Origin: the human T2T-CHM13v2.0 reference genome, Homo sapiens
Length of the DNA: 64,000 nucleotides
Assembly (NCBI RefSeq): GCF_009914755.1
Contig: NC_060936.1
Direction: 5' to 3' (one strand)
The translations under genes and the position numbers were made by a program. The notes below the pieces were generated by a model, which ran no database searches, was not told where the DNA came from, and saw nothing but the letters and a program-made list of their open reading frames with translations. Positions 1 to 16,665 of this stretch are shown in pieces (position 1 is the stretch's first letter; the number at the start of each line of letters is the position of its first letter).

Positions 1-3075
<3,075 letters not shown>

Positions 3076-3838
3076 GAAATTTACACTTATCTGATTATCA
3101 CCTCACTTGAACTATTTCTATGTTTACCACCAAATGGAGTATAGTGTTAATTTAAATGTGAATTTCTACTTGTACCATAAAATGCTTTTTCAAAGATGAT
3201 TAAGATGAGAAATTAATTTGTATTATATGCTTAGAACATTATTCAGTTGTTAGGAATACAACTGATAGCAAATAAATTGCCAACTCTCCTTAAATAAAAT
3301 AATAAAATTTTTAGAGTTAGGAGAGTTAGGTATAACTATTTCATGAATCAAGAAGGAATGCCATTGAAGCACCAAACTGTTAAATGTCTCCAGGAGATAA
3401 AGACCTTAGAGAAATACTACTTATCATAGCCATTTATAATACTATCAATCCTAAAAGTTTAAAAGAAGCCAAGTGAAATATTTTTTACTAATAGCAGAAT
3501 AATGATGCCCTAAATTCTTACCAATCGCCAAACATAGACTCTAAATATGCAGAGATCTAGATTTGAATTTTGATTGGAATACAGGGTAAAAGGAGTATAT
3601 ATTTGCATGAATAAATAAATGCTGTTTTCAGGTAATTTTCTTAAAATGCATATCTTATACAGTGTTTCTTCTCTACCCTTAATCTGAATTAAATCAATGC
3701 CGAATCTTAGAATAAAGATTATTTGATATTAAACTGGATTTAATGTATTCAAGGACAGATAATATATCTTGTTCATGTATATATGTCAAGGCCTATTATA
3801 AATTTTGGTGCCCAAAACATGAAAAACAAATGGTTTTT

Positions 3839-4145
<307 letters not shown>

Positions 4146-4333
4146 ACAAATGCTTTTTGAAAAAATATTAATGTAGGAGAAAAACATGGTTTTTTTTTTT
4201 TAATGAAAAAAGTGTTATGGACCCATCCCAACATTGTTTTTATTTGTTCTTTATTTTTTTTGGTGTTTGGAATTCCCATTAAAGCACTTGGTATGTTTAT
4301 CTTCATTTCTGCTTGCTTCGTAAGGTATTTTAA

Positions 4334-4637
<304 letters not shown>

Positions 4638-4649
4638 AGTATTTTAATT

Positions 4650-5995
4650 CTTAATAAGTAATTCACATTACTGTTCTATATAGTCAATTTTACTTAGAGT
4701 TAACAACACTTTTATCTATTTCAGTGTTCTTTTTTCCATCCTTCATTACTGAAAATCCAGTTAGGACACTTTCTCTTCTGCCTCCATAACTTCCTTTATT
4801 ATTTCTCTTAGTGCAAGCAGGCTACCTATACATTCTCTTTTTGTTTCAATTTTAATTCATTTTCAGGTTTAAATATATTTTAGGTGGATATCAAATTATA
4901 AATTAGCATTTATTTCTTTAAAGTATCTTAAATATATTACTTATTATCTACTGGTTTTCATCATTTCTATTTAAAAACAGATACCATTATTATTCCTGCT
5001 CATTTGAAGATAATGGATCTATTTTTCTCTGATTGCTTTTAACCATTTTCTATTTGTTTGAATATCAGTAATTTTACTAGAGTTTGCCTCAGTTTGATCT
5101 TTTTGTATTAATTCTTCCTGTTTTTGTAGTTTCGTTTTATTTCAATATTAGATCTTGAACAGTGTCTTCAAATAGAATTTACTGCCTCCTTTTTTTTCCT
5201 CTTCTTCTGGGACTCCAATTGGAATCCTATAATTCTTCATTCTGTCCCATGAATATTTTATATTCTTCCCTATATTTTATTCATTTTCACTTCATGTATT
5301 CGTCTGTGTGTGTATATATATATACACACACACATATATACTGACTTATCTTTCATTCCATTAATATTTTATTCAGCTGTGTCTAGTAATAACTCCTCAT
5401 GAGTCTCAGTTGAAATCCTGGAGTATTTTCCAGGGCTCTTCCTCTTAGTTAGGACCTAAATAACATTTTTTTTCTCTCTCTTTCAGTACTGTAAGACTGC
5501 CCTGCTATCAATTTAGCTTCTTAGTTCTCACTTTCAGCTTGCTTGCCTAGCTTCTCACACCCTGCAGATTAGACATTAAGAACCACTATGCAAGCAAAGA
5601 ATCACATGGTGTCAGGTCCACCTTTTCTGTTGATGCCTTGGCTCTGAGATCTTCATATTTTAATTCCAAGCTATTGTGGTAGCCTTGAACTCTTAATTTT
5701 TGTTTCCACAGTTCTGAGCCACTTCAAAAAGCTCTGAGCCTCTCCATTTTACTTGGCTTATGGGCCCTGTGCTACTGACAAGCTGGCAAATGCCTCCAGA
5801 ACAGAACTGGCAAACAGGGCTGAAGTCCTTTCATTTTGTTTTTCTTCTTTGGGGAATTTAAGGCTTTGAAGTCCTGACTGCCTAAGTTGCTTTCCAATAT
5901 CTTCAAACAGCAGTTTTCATTTTTATTCCAGGTTTTATGTTTTCTCATGTTGAGAAATGTCTGATATAAGCTATTCTACCATAACCAGAAAATGA
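4650..5995 (-). mobile_element. Highly diverged old L1M fragments (ORF1/5' region-like)
   Basis: T-rich antisense L1M-like sequence (atttctcttagtgcaagcaggctacc, cttcttctgggactccaatt). Boundaries approximate. Confidence 0.55.
5305..5332. repeat. (TG)4(TA)6(CA)4 perfect 28-bp palindromic microsatellite
   Basis: tgtgtgtg tatatatatata cacacaca is its own reverse complement. Confidence 0.9.
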
Positions 5996-6453
5996 AATCC
6001 CTGTAGTTTCCAATTGAGTTTTTAAAAGGTGAGTGGAAATAATCAACAATGACACTCAATTTAAGAGAAACATTTTTAACATTATGGTATATACAACTAA
6101 CTCTGCAGAGCTTCAGGAAAATAAAAACATGTGCTTTTGTGACACATATCGCTTTTATAATTAACAATAAGGCTTATGTTCTGCTGTACGGATAAAATCA
6201 TTATAATGTGTAATGAGGAAAGGATACACATCACTAGAATAAATCAATGTTTTTTAAAATTCCTAAATCTATTTAAAGAGTTCAATAGTTTCAGTGACCT
6301 AAGTTTATTGATAAGCTAATTGCCATCTTGATGTGATCAAGTAAGATATATTTTTTAAATGCCATCAAACACTGATATTTCCATGTAATATTCCCTCAAT
6401 TATGTTATGGTCTTTGCTTTCTCATAATATTTGATTAGGTCTTTGTATTTCAG

Positions 6454-6541
6454 ATTCACCCTTCACCCCGCGATGCTTAAGCTTACCTCAGCTAAAATCA
6501 GAAACACTGTGACATGCTTTGCTCATTCTGGATGAATATAG
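6454..6541 (+). other. Candidate 88-nt non-coding exon
   Basis: Acceptor ctttgtatttcag| and consensus donor TAG|gtaagt; retained CpGs (cccgcga); stops in all three frames. Confidence 0.35.
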
Positions 6542-7110
6542 GTAAGTTTTTGCCTTTATATTTCAACCTTTAGTTTGCATTTTGCTGATAGCTTGCACTC
6601 TGCAAGATGGTACAATTTTTTTATTTATTCTGCTGAGAGGCACATTGTATGAAAATGGATAAGGTTCAAGCATCAAGTCTCGTTTTGTTATTCTAATCCT
6701 AGCAAGATCCCCCTTTAACTTCTTAGAGAAATGCCAGTTTGAGGGGTCAACATTATAAGGCTCATTTCCTTTTGGTATGGCATAGTCCAAAACAACAATT
6801 ATTGCCAATCTTCTTCAGCGATGCAAATTTAGTGCTGAATATATATTTTAAATTAGTGAAAATAGAAATTACCATAATTTCTATTACTTGAGCTATGTGA
6901 CCCATGTAAAATAGTTTTCTATAAAAATAATACTTATTTGATGAGCTTTTATTTATTTTGTAAGCTTATCAGCAGGGAGTTTTAAAATCTATTTAAACTT
7001 ACACTAAAATAAGTATGTTAATATGGATATTAAATCATATGGTTAAAAATTCAAAATATATTAAAAGAAGTCTTGAAATTAGGGATGTTGGAAAGTTAAG
7101 GATGTGTTTG

Positions 7111-7470
7111 AGCCAGTCACAGTGGCTCACATCTATAATCACAGGAAAGATTGGAAGATCATTTGAAGCTAGTTGAAAACCATCCTGGACAATATAGCAA
7201 GAGCCTATCTCAAAAAAAAAAAAAAAATAGCTAAGTGTGGTAGTACATGTCTGTAGCCTTGGGAGGCTGAGGCAGGAGGATTCCTTGAGCCCAGGAGTTC
7301 AAGGCTGCAGTGAGCTATGATAGATGGCACCACCACACTCCAGCCTGGGCAAAAGAACAAGATCCTATCTTTAAAATAATTAAAAAATAGCATTTGACTT
7401 TCATGTTTTATACACCAAGATTTATAGTAGGCCTGGATGACAGAGAAAACCTTATCTCTAAATAAAAAGA
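7111..7470 (+). mobile_element. AluJ-type element, composite, with a duplicated 3' end enclosing a 44-bp foreign segment
   Basis: Begins agccagtcacagtggctcac; first 3' end and tail to ~7390; second Alu 3' end (gcctggatgacagagaaaaccttatctct) at 7431-7459. Degenerate TSD aaggatgtgtttg / aagaatgagtttg. Confidence 0.85.
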
Positions 7471-7584
7471 ATGAGTTTGTAGTTTGTAATATCACTTAAA
7501 TGAGTAGACCTATACAAAAGGAAAAGAGGATGTGTATAATCATTTAATAAAAATATTGAAGCTATTTATTTGAAAAATATAAAA

Positions 7585-7633
7585 ATTAGAGTAGTTATAA
7601 GTTATATAATTGGAGTAGTTATAAGTTATATAA
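7585..7633. repeat. 24-bp tandem duplication (2 copies)
   Basis: att(a/g)gagtagttataagttatata repeated twice. Confidence 0.9.
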
Positions 7634-8156
7634 GATGAAATATGAAAGATGCATGAGGTTTCTATGAGATTGTGAAATGCCTGTCAAAAACCTTAACTTC
7701 GACACTATTTTCTTCATTGTTCAGTCCAGAAAGGAAAAATGGATTTCCTCCTGGATACTTAGGAGAAAAATTGCTTTAAGAAAATATATCCTGGATATAA
7801 TTTTGACAAATTGATTCTCTAAGCGATAAATCTTTGTTATTTAAAATACTAGCATGCCTCAACAAAGTTGAAGTAGGTCAGAATAACATCAATTTCTTGT
7901 ATTTCTTAATACATAATACTTTCCAATTAATACATATTTTCACCTACAATATTTTATTCTTATGGCAATCATGTGCTATATTAAAATTGCGATTTTATAG
8001 GTCACTTTTATTGCCTAACATTACATGGACAATAGAGAGCACAGTCTAGACCTGAATCCATATTAACTAGCTTATTTTGCACTTCATCACAATTAACACA
8101 ATTAACTAAAAGCTAATTGAAGCCTGAACATCCACAGTTTGGGAACTGGACAATGA

Positions 8157-8157
<1 letters not shown>

Positions 8158-8192
<35 letters not shown>

Positions 8193-8390
8193 ACACACAC
8201 ATATATATACACATATATATATACACATACACATATGTATACATATGTATATATACACACATACACATATGTATACATACGTATATATACACACACATAT
8301 GTATACATATGTATATATACACATATGTATACATATGTATATATACACACAGACACATATGTATACATATGTATATATACACATATGTAT
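8158..8390. repeat. Compound (GT)n/(AC)n/(AT)n alternating purine-pyrimidine microsatellite-minisatellite
   Basis: (GT)15 then (AC)5, followed by recurring acacatatgtatacatatgtatatat units. Confidence 0.95.
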
Positions 8391-9039
8391 TTATATGAAC
8401 TTTGATGCATACGATTATAGAGTGATCATGAATAGTTTTCTTCTTTGCAGCCCCATATGACCTTCCTCTTATAATAATTCCTATATATGTTATCTTACAT
8501 GGCTAATTCTGTTCTCAAGTGGAGGGCAGAGCAGGGACTACTAACCTACATGTTGATATGGAGGATCAACATGCTTCCAAGCACCTGTTTACATTTTCAT
8601 TCTCTACTCCACTTCCTTTCCCATATATAAATTTATTTAGATGAAAATAAAACTATTTTATAGTAAGAGATAAGTCTTTACAATTCTGGTAGACTACAAC
8701 AGCTTTGGTTGTCTTGTTTGCCATATGGAAATTATGTTCCTAGAGCACATTTTTAATTCCTGAGTCCTTTACTTAAAATCTTTATCATCTCAATTGTCTA
8801 TTAAATAAGATCTATCACATTATTTAGAGGTCCTCAAAAAGCAAATAGCAATGTAACAGCAAATGGGGACTTTTTAGTCACTCCCTTCCATTTCCTCCTG
8901 TTGCTTTGACCATGGTTTTCCCTCTGTATGACACATCCAACTGCATGTTATGTCATATGTGTTCCATGAACCATCTCTCCACTCGTATCACCTTCTCTGA
9001 CCTACTTTTAGATTTTTTTTTATAATACTTATCACCTAA

Positions 9040-9827
9040 TGTGACAAATACATTTTCACATGTAACTGCCTTGGGATCATGAATAATTGTCCTTATGCAT
9101 TTATTACTCTCTGCCAGTTAAGGATTTATTGGCTCTCACTTCTAAATTCAAAATTTTTGCTTGCTCTATAAACATGAATCTTTGTACTTTAAATATTTTT
9201 GCTTTACAAGCTGAAAATGATGTTGAGATTTATCAGTAGAGGGTGCTGGAGAGACATTGCAGAAGGAAAGAGTTTTGCCTTCTCATTCCAGTGTCCTCTC
9301 CTAGCAGCCTCCTACAGTATATACAGTTTCTCTCGCACCTGGCAGGTGCAGTGCTTGCAGCTTCTCCAGTTCCCATCTGCTGCAGTACATAAAAGCCAGC
9401 AGCACTCAAGGGCCAACAGCTTCTACCTCACATCCTCTTCTGGAGTGGTTTTGGAGTAGAATGTTTCCAGTGTGATACCTTCTAGGAAATAACTTTCCCC
9501 TCTATCCTAGTGGGTTGATACGGGCAAGCTCAAGATAATAGCTTCAGCAAGTTTTGCATTATCTGCCACTCATTTCTTTGCCATTAACTTAGCCATAGCT
9601 GTGTCCTCCCATATGGTCTGTATTTTCTTGGGTGCTCTATTTTAGCCATAGAAACAGTGGCTATTCTTTTATATACTCTATCAATATTCTTTAGTGTTTC
9701 TCTACTTCTTACAAGGCTATGCCTCATTACTTCAACTCCTTTGTATAGCTAATATTTCTTCACAATAAACTTTTCTTGTTCAAATTACTGGGTGGTTTCT
9801 CTGTCATGATTGGACTCAGACTGATGT
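9040..9827 (+). mobile_element. ERVL-class solo LTR (LTR41/LTR52-like)
   Basis: Internal cagtagagggtgctggagagacattgc motif; 3' end aataaacttttcttgttcaaattactgggtggtttctc...gactcagactgat typical of old ERVL LTRs. Confidence 0.55.
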
Positions 9828-11789
9828 GATCCCTTAACCATCAATATTCTAAGAATACTTGCTGATTACATTGATTTTACTTAATTCATAATACAGTATA
9901 AATGATTCAACTCAAGGCTCTTCTCATAGAGTTCATTTAGGTGAAAGTGACTAAGGAAAATAAAATTACTGAATATTTTCCACTGGTGGACAGGGGTTGT
10001 AAGGGGGACAGCACATAAATAACAGAATATGTGTAACATGAGAGTCTCTCAAATTAAAATGACAAATTTAACAATGTTTACTCTGGTAGCTCTTTCAAAG
10101 ATGATAATTCTTACTTATGGTAGCGAATGGGTAATTTCTACTTATTTGTCAGGTGAATATGTACTTTTTATCCAGTTAACCATTACAATATTCCTGACCA
10201 TTAAAGATATTGTCAAGGTAGGATTTTGATCAGATGAGAAGTTTTATATATATATTTGAAATTTAAAATTTAAAATCTCAAATCAAATTTAACTCTTCAG
10301 TAAAAATTTGACTTAATTTTTTACACATGCTGTTGGTGCATTATTAATTCTGGCTGAATGTGCCGTAATTCATCATGAAAGAATTACTTGGAGACATAAA
10401 AAATGCATTAAAGAGCAGCTGCTATATTGCTGAAAGCAATGCATCAGGGCACACACATGTTAGTATGAAATATAGAACTGATTAATTGTATATTCTTGTT
10501 ATAGTAATTTCATAATGTTATGATAATTGCCATCAATTCAAGAGCAGACTGTGGGATTTCCTTTATGCAATAAACTTTTCAATATAAGCAAACAATAATT
10601 AAGTTATTAACAGATATTTCATTTATTGCAGTTTGGGAAATCTCAAATTATAAGTAATATATTAAAGTTACCAATACTAGTAAAAGCCCAAGTCCACCTC
10701 TCACGATTTAAGTAAATTATGTGAAAATAATTGAAGGACCAAAGGTTTCGATATTTTAAATATCTTAATATTTGAATCATTTTACTTTTAAAATTTTATT
10801 ATATCTACATAACTGTTATTACATATAATTAATTCTCATTTTGCAGATTGTACTTTCATGGTACTGCTCAAATGCTGTCTCTAATGATAAAAAATGATGG
10901 CTATGTGAATAATGAATGTAACTGAAGGCAATTCTGTGAAATATTCTTGACCATCCTGTATTTACTGGATAATTTTTTAAGTGAAAATTTGAAGAATGAG
11001 AAAAAAACTCATGATAAAGTAAAACAGCATGAACTTTCTTATTACTCAATATTTAACAAATATGTGTCTGTTTCTTACTTTGTTCCAGGTACCATGCCAG
11101 GATTATGTGGTAATAAAAATAAAAATTGCTCCCTAATTCAAATAACTTTAAGTCAAACAGATTACAATATAGAAACTTATGTTACCCATGAATTTACTGG
11201 AGATACTACTAATTAAAATCCTCAATTTGTTTAGTAAATTACCTATAGATTAATATTTTATTAGCATTTAGTTTAATTAACTATTTTAGATGCTGGCAAA
11301 ATATGATTCCACTTAACTAGCCAAACTAAAATGTAAGGAGAGATTCATTATCCTTATCTGATAAAAAAAAATTATGTTTATGTTAGCCAAGGTAATTAAT
11401 AACTGGAAGATAGCTCACAAGTTAAATTTAAGAGCTAAGGATTATATTTAGATATTTAGTTATTCCGACATTACACCAATGGTCCTTTTACTGGGTAAAA
11501 TTTACTGGGTAGTTACACTACCTCAATTCTCTTTAAATTTTCAGGCATGATTCCTGTAATTGTTTCTCTCTCTTGATTTCATATAACTTCTAGTAGAGTA
11601 TGAAACAATAAAAATTTTGAGATTTTGGTTCAAAGTTTAATCATTCATTATTTTTTAGAACAGTGTTATTTTTCTTCCTTCTTTTCTTTGATTCAATAAA
11701 TACTAATTAATATTTAACCTTTTACCCATTACTCATGCCCTCTTTAACAATAATAACATCAAATTTGCACCCTGAGATGGGATGGGGTG

Positions 11790-12537
11790 ATTCACGTGTC
11801 AAAGGAAAACTGAAAATTTTGAGCCATGGATACCTTTACCTAGGTTTTGAAGGATGGAGCTGCCTGGAGACTGAAGCATGAGATCCAGGAAGAGGGCTGC
11901 TACAAAAGTGGAAGCACTGCAGAAAAACCACAGTCGGGTAATGCTTAGTGGAACCGTGGGGGTGGGGCCACCCTCAGAACTCCACACTGATGGAGCCACT
12001 TGGAAGCAACTCCATCCATTTTAGGAGGACTGAAGGCAATTGACTCCAACCTATGAAAGTGTGGCACGGGCTGAGACCAGCAACGTCATGGGTGTGGGGC
12101 TGCCTAGAGTCATGGGGACCCAATCCCTACTCCAGCATGTCCAAAAGGTGAGACACTTAGTCAAAGATTATTCTAGAGTCTTAATAGTTATTTTTTTCCC
12201 CTATTAAGTTTTAGACTTACTTGGAACCTACTATTCCTGTCAGCTTTTATATTTCTCCCTTTTGGAATGAAAAGGTCTATCCTATGCCTATCCTACCATT
12301 GTATTTTGAAAATGTATAAATTGTTTGATTTCACAGACCCACAGCTGGAAGAAAATTTGACTCAGACTAAATTGTATTGAGTTTCACTCATATTTGATTT
12401 TGATGATATTCAGATGAGAATGGACTTTAAATTTTTGAGTTAATGCTAAAATGAGGTAATATTTCTGGGGCTACTGGGATGAAATGAATTTATTTTGCAT
12501 GTGAGAATGACATGAATTTTGGGGGGAAGGAGAGAAA
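11790..12537 (+). mobile_element. MaLR internal-region 3' fragment (MST/MLT1A-int-like) ending in a polypurine tract
   Basis: MaLR-int-like sequence (atttctcccttttggaatg, accattgtattttgaaa, attttgcatgtgagaatgacatgaattttgggggg) directly abutting the LTR. Confidence 0.75.
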
Positions 12538-12893
12538 TGCTCTGATCTAGATGTTGTGTCCATTCAAATTTATATGTAAAAGCCTAACCCCAGGGTGATG
12601 ATTTAAGCAGTGGGGCTTTTGGGAGGTGATTAGGTAATAAGGACTCCATGCTCATGAATGGAATTAGTGCCCTTATAAAAGAGGCCTGAGGGAGCTTATT
12701 GACTCTTTTTGCCATGTGAGGACACAGCTGGAAGGCATCATCTTTGCAGCAAAAAGTAAGCCCTTACTAGACACCGAATCTACTGGTACCTTATCTTGGA
12801 TGCTCTAGCCTCCAGAACTCTGAGCAGTCAATTTCTGTTTAGAAATTACCCAGTCTAAGATATTTTGTTATACCAGCAAGAATGGACTGAGAT
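12538..12893 (+). mobile_element. MaLR LTR (MSTD/MLT1A-like)
   Basis: Starts TG; contains ggggcttttgggaggtgattagg, gcccttataaaagagg, cctccagaact, acccagtctaagatattttgttata; ~355 bp. Confidence 0.85.
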
Positions 12894-13342
12894 AGGAGCA
12901 TAATGGGTAATTAGCTTAAGATTCGGTTACTTTTATTTTATAAAAGGCTCTTAAATAATCAGATAGTGGACGAAATATTTATAAATATTCATTTCTAATA
13001 CCCTCAACTAAGTGTCAAATACGAATGGCTTTTTTGTAGTTAGAAAAAAATTCCAATTGAGGACTTTGTATTAACTATCAAAGTTGAGTTCAACTGCCTT
13101 TTAATTAGCAAATGTTGCATGTGATGAAATACCAAAATAACATTGCTTTTTTTCAGAGAAACCATTGTTATTTTAGTTTTATGTGCAAATGAATGTATAA
13201 TTTTAAAGGATATTAAAGGATAAATTACTTTGAAGCTTTTCTTTTAATTAAAGATTAAAATAGCATATATGGTTTAAAACAAAACAAAAATATTCCAGTT
13301 ATGAATTTGACAACCAGGTAAAAATCTAAATTAATAATATCA

Positions 13343-13687
<345 letters not shown>

Positions 13688-13980
13688 TTATTGTGCTATT
13701 TGCATTTCATGTATATTTGGAAGCAGTAAAATAATTCTGAGGGACAGTCAAACATTAGCAGGTTCTTTATAAGAATATAGATCTTTCTAAATCAAACTCA
13801 TAATTTTGAACTTATGAAAAAATGTAAACAAATTAATATTTTAATACAATTGTTTACCTTTTATATTTTTGGTCTTCAGAGCATGATATATATTATATAT
13901 GTGTTGATATACAATATATATGATATATATGACATATTATATATGTATACTTGAGGTAAAAAACAAAACTAGCAACTGAC

Positions 13981-14221
13981 TTTTTTTTTTCTTTGAGATG
14001 GAGTTTCAAAAAAGGTGATTCTCCTGCCTCAGCCTCCTGAGTAGCTGGGATTACAGGCACCTGCCACTATGCCTGGCTAATTTTTCTTTTTTTGTAGTTT
14101 TACTATAGACTGTTTTTCGCCATGTTGGCCAGGCTGGACTTGAACCCCTGACCTCAGGTGATCCGCTCACCTTGGCCTCCCAAACTGCTGGGACTACAGG
14201 CGTCAGCCACCGTGCCCAGGT
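13981..14221 (-). mobile_element. AluS element with an internal deletion in the right arm
   Basis: Antisense Alu; TSD gcaactgacttttt at 13972-13985 and 14222-14235. Confidence 0.92.
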
Positions 14222-14466
14222 GCAACTGACTTTTTATATTATCTTATTATTAGAGAGTTCTTTTTACAGGAGCTCTAAACAAATACTCAAAAACAGACTT
14301 GAAATAGTTTAATGAGAAGAAATAATTGGGTCAAAATTTCTTTGTTTAATTAGTCTATATCTACGTTAATGTTCTCTTTCTTTAATCACATATTTTTATG
14401 TTTTTTTTCTTTTGCAGTAAAACCAGTAGAAAATAAGACTGTTTTTGTCAAATTGGTGTAATTTTT

Positions 14467-14761
14467 TAAATTTTATTATTATTATACTGGAGAGGATGTG
14501 GAGAAATAGGAACACTTTTACACTGTTGGTTGGACTGTAAACTAGTTCAACCATTGTGGAAGTCAGTGTGGAGATTCCTCAGGGATCTAGAACTAGAAAT
14601 ACCATTTGACCCAGCCATCCCATTACTGGGTATATACCCAAAGGATTATTAATCATGCTGCTATAAAGACACATGCACATGTATGTTTATTGCAGCACTA
14701 TTCACAATAGCAAAGACTTGGAACCAACCCAAATGTCCAACAATGATAGACTGGATTAAGA
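14467..14761 (-). mobile_element. Young L1PA mini-insertion with 5' inversion (twin priming); most of it reads on the + strand
   Basis: 17-bp TSD aaattggtgtaattttt (14450-14466 and 14762-14778). Antisense tail and 3' end (ttttattattattatact) joined to a + strand ORF2 3' segment about 97% identical to 56537-56815. Confidence 0.93.
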
Positions 14762-15085
14762 AAATTGGTGTAATTTTTAAAAACTTTCAAATCATGAGTT
14801 GGATATGCATTACACACAAAAATAAAAATAATATATCTCAAAAATATATTTTTTCAAATCCTAAAGTCATGTGTGAAAGCGCTATGTAAACGGAACAAAA
14901 ATGTATATATGCTGAATTATTGCATGCTAAAAGACCCTGGTATACTCTTGTTTTGTTAAAACGTATGTATTTCTGGGTCTATGTGGCCAAAAGAGCAAAA
15001 CAACTTTACTTTATCCACTCTAATTCATAGATATTATTGATGAAATATTAACTACACCATTTAAACATTTTTTAAAAAAGATTTT

Positions 15086-15138
15086 AAATGCCAAAAGTAA
15101 AAAGATAAATGCCAAAAGTAAAAAGATAAATACCAAAA
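15086..15138. repeat. 21-bp tandem repeat, ~2.5 copies
   Basis: aaatgccaaaagtaaaaagat twice plus a partial copy. Confidence 0.9.
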
Positions 15139-15639
15139 AAAGCAAGGTAGCAAAAAGCTTAATCCACTTGGAGTCTGGGACTTATAGAAGAAGCACATAT
15201 GAGGTTGGGGTGTGGTAGGGAAAAGAGACTCCCTGCATAATCTCTAGAATCCAGGAAAACACCAGTGCCCACACATTACCTTAGCAGAATTACCTTTGCT
15301 CATCAACTTGAGAAAAAGCCATAAGTGGTTCACTTTGAATGTACAGAAGCCTAAAGTAAATGCACTCACAATTAGGATTTGATCTGCCTCATTTGTGGTT
15401 GCAAGATTAAGACTGCTTACCTGCAGAGGATAAGGTCCTGGAACAAATGGACAGCATAGTACTTCTTACAGCAGATCGGAAACTATTCCTTTAGTAAACA
15501 GCATATGACGAGAGACCGCCAGGAAACTTCCCTTCAGTATTTGAGAGGTTCAACAAGCAGAAAATCTAAGGAAACAGAGATTAAAGAATTATAAGGACAA
15601 TAGTTTGTAATAACCAAGTGTAAAATATCAGTTTTCTGT

Positions 15640-16150
15640 ACAGGGAGAAATTAAAATGGATGATATGGAAATATTGGAATTTTAAGATATAATCATTGAA
15701 GAAAAAAATTTAGAACTTTCAATAGGAGTGCTAAAGAGTAGACTTAATCTTGCTCAGGAAAAATTAATGAATTGAAACCAGAAGAAAATGAAAGAGCTAG
15801 CACTGGAGATCCTAAGACCAAACCTATTTGGTTTGAATACTTTCCTTCTCTTTTATCATCAGATTCTCCATCTATAAAATGAAAATTATAATAAGTTTTG
15901 CATTTTTGAGTTGATGTGAATGCAACTTTGTAAAATGTGAAGAGCAGTATCTGGTACTGATAAATTCCCATTTATCCATTACATTACTGTAATCTCATAG
16001 GAGGCATAATAATGAGAAACAGACTGAAAAATAAAAGCAGTTGAGACATGGGAGATCGAATGCAAGTTTTCAACATATACCTAGTAGGAATTACAGAAGG
16101 ATAAAAGAGGAAAGAAAGAAGACATGACTGAGAGATTTTCGAAAATTGAT
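15640..16150 (+). mobile_element. Ancient L1M/HAL1 ORF1-like relic interrupted by a MIR-like fragment (~15800-15990)
   Basis: gaaaaaattaatgaattgaaa and caacatatacctagtaggaattacagaagg resemble decayed ORF1; ctccatctataaaatg is the MIR core. Confidence 0.45.
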
Positions 16151-16499
16151 TTGTTTAGGATTAAAACCAATTAAAATTGATTTTTGAAGATATATAATAA
16201 TATATATAATACATATATAATAATAAATTGTTTATTGTGTGTCAAGCACACAGAGTAAATAATGTCTTGGGCATCTGCTAGTGGAATTAAGTCAAGGGGT
16301 TGTCGAAGTAAATATTGTGTGTGTGGAAGTAGGTTGATACTTTCATTAATTGTGATTGATTTTCTTGCTTTGGGTAAACAATTTGGAGTGGATTTTGAAT
16401 TTCTAATCTGAACCTTTCACACTTTTTTAATAAAAGGAAGTTTGGCAAAAAAAAGCCCCAGTGTCTAACCTCAAGTGTTCAAATCATGATTATAATGCT

Positions 16500-16665
16500 T
16501 TATAATTCTGAGATATTGTAAAAGATATTTAAGCTCACTCTGCCTAAGATTTTTCATGTCACCAAAATTTTCATTAAGGCAGTATTGATAATTTGGATAT
16601 TACACATGTACAGATTTTAGAATAGGGTCCTATTCATAGTAAGTGCTCAATAAATTAAATATAAC
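16500..16665 (+). mobile_element. MIR fragment
   Basis: cactctgcctaagatttttcatgtc...catagtaagtgctcaataaat. Confidence 0.6.

Noticed and set aside
8102-8460. Six overlapping ORFs rich in Y/I/H/T/C/V
   Set aside because: Translation of an alternating purine-pyrimidine microsatellite that lacks stop codons.
10320-10600. Unique-looking stretch with homeobox-like TAAT/ATTA motifs, possible conserved non-coding element
   Set aside because: Conservation cannot be assessed from one sequence, and these motifs are common in AT-rich DNA.
10880-10930. Possible C/D box snoRNA (atgat...ctga)
   Set aside because: Imperfect C box, boxes too close together and no terminal stem.
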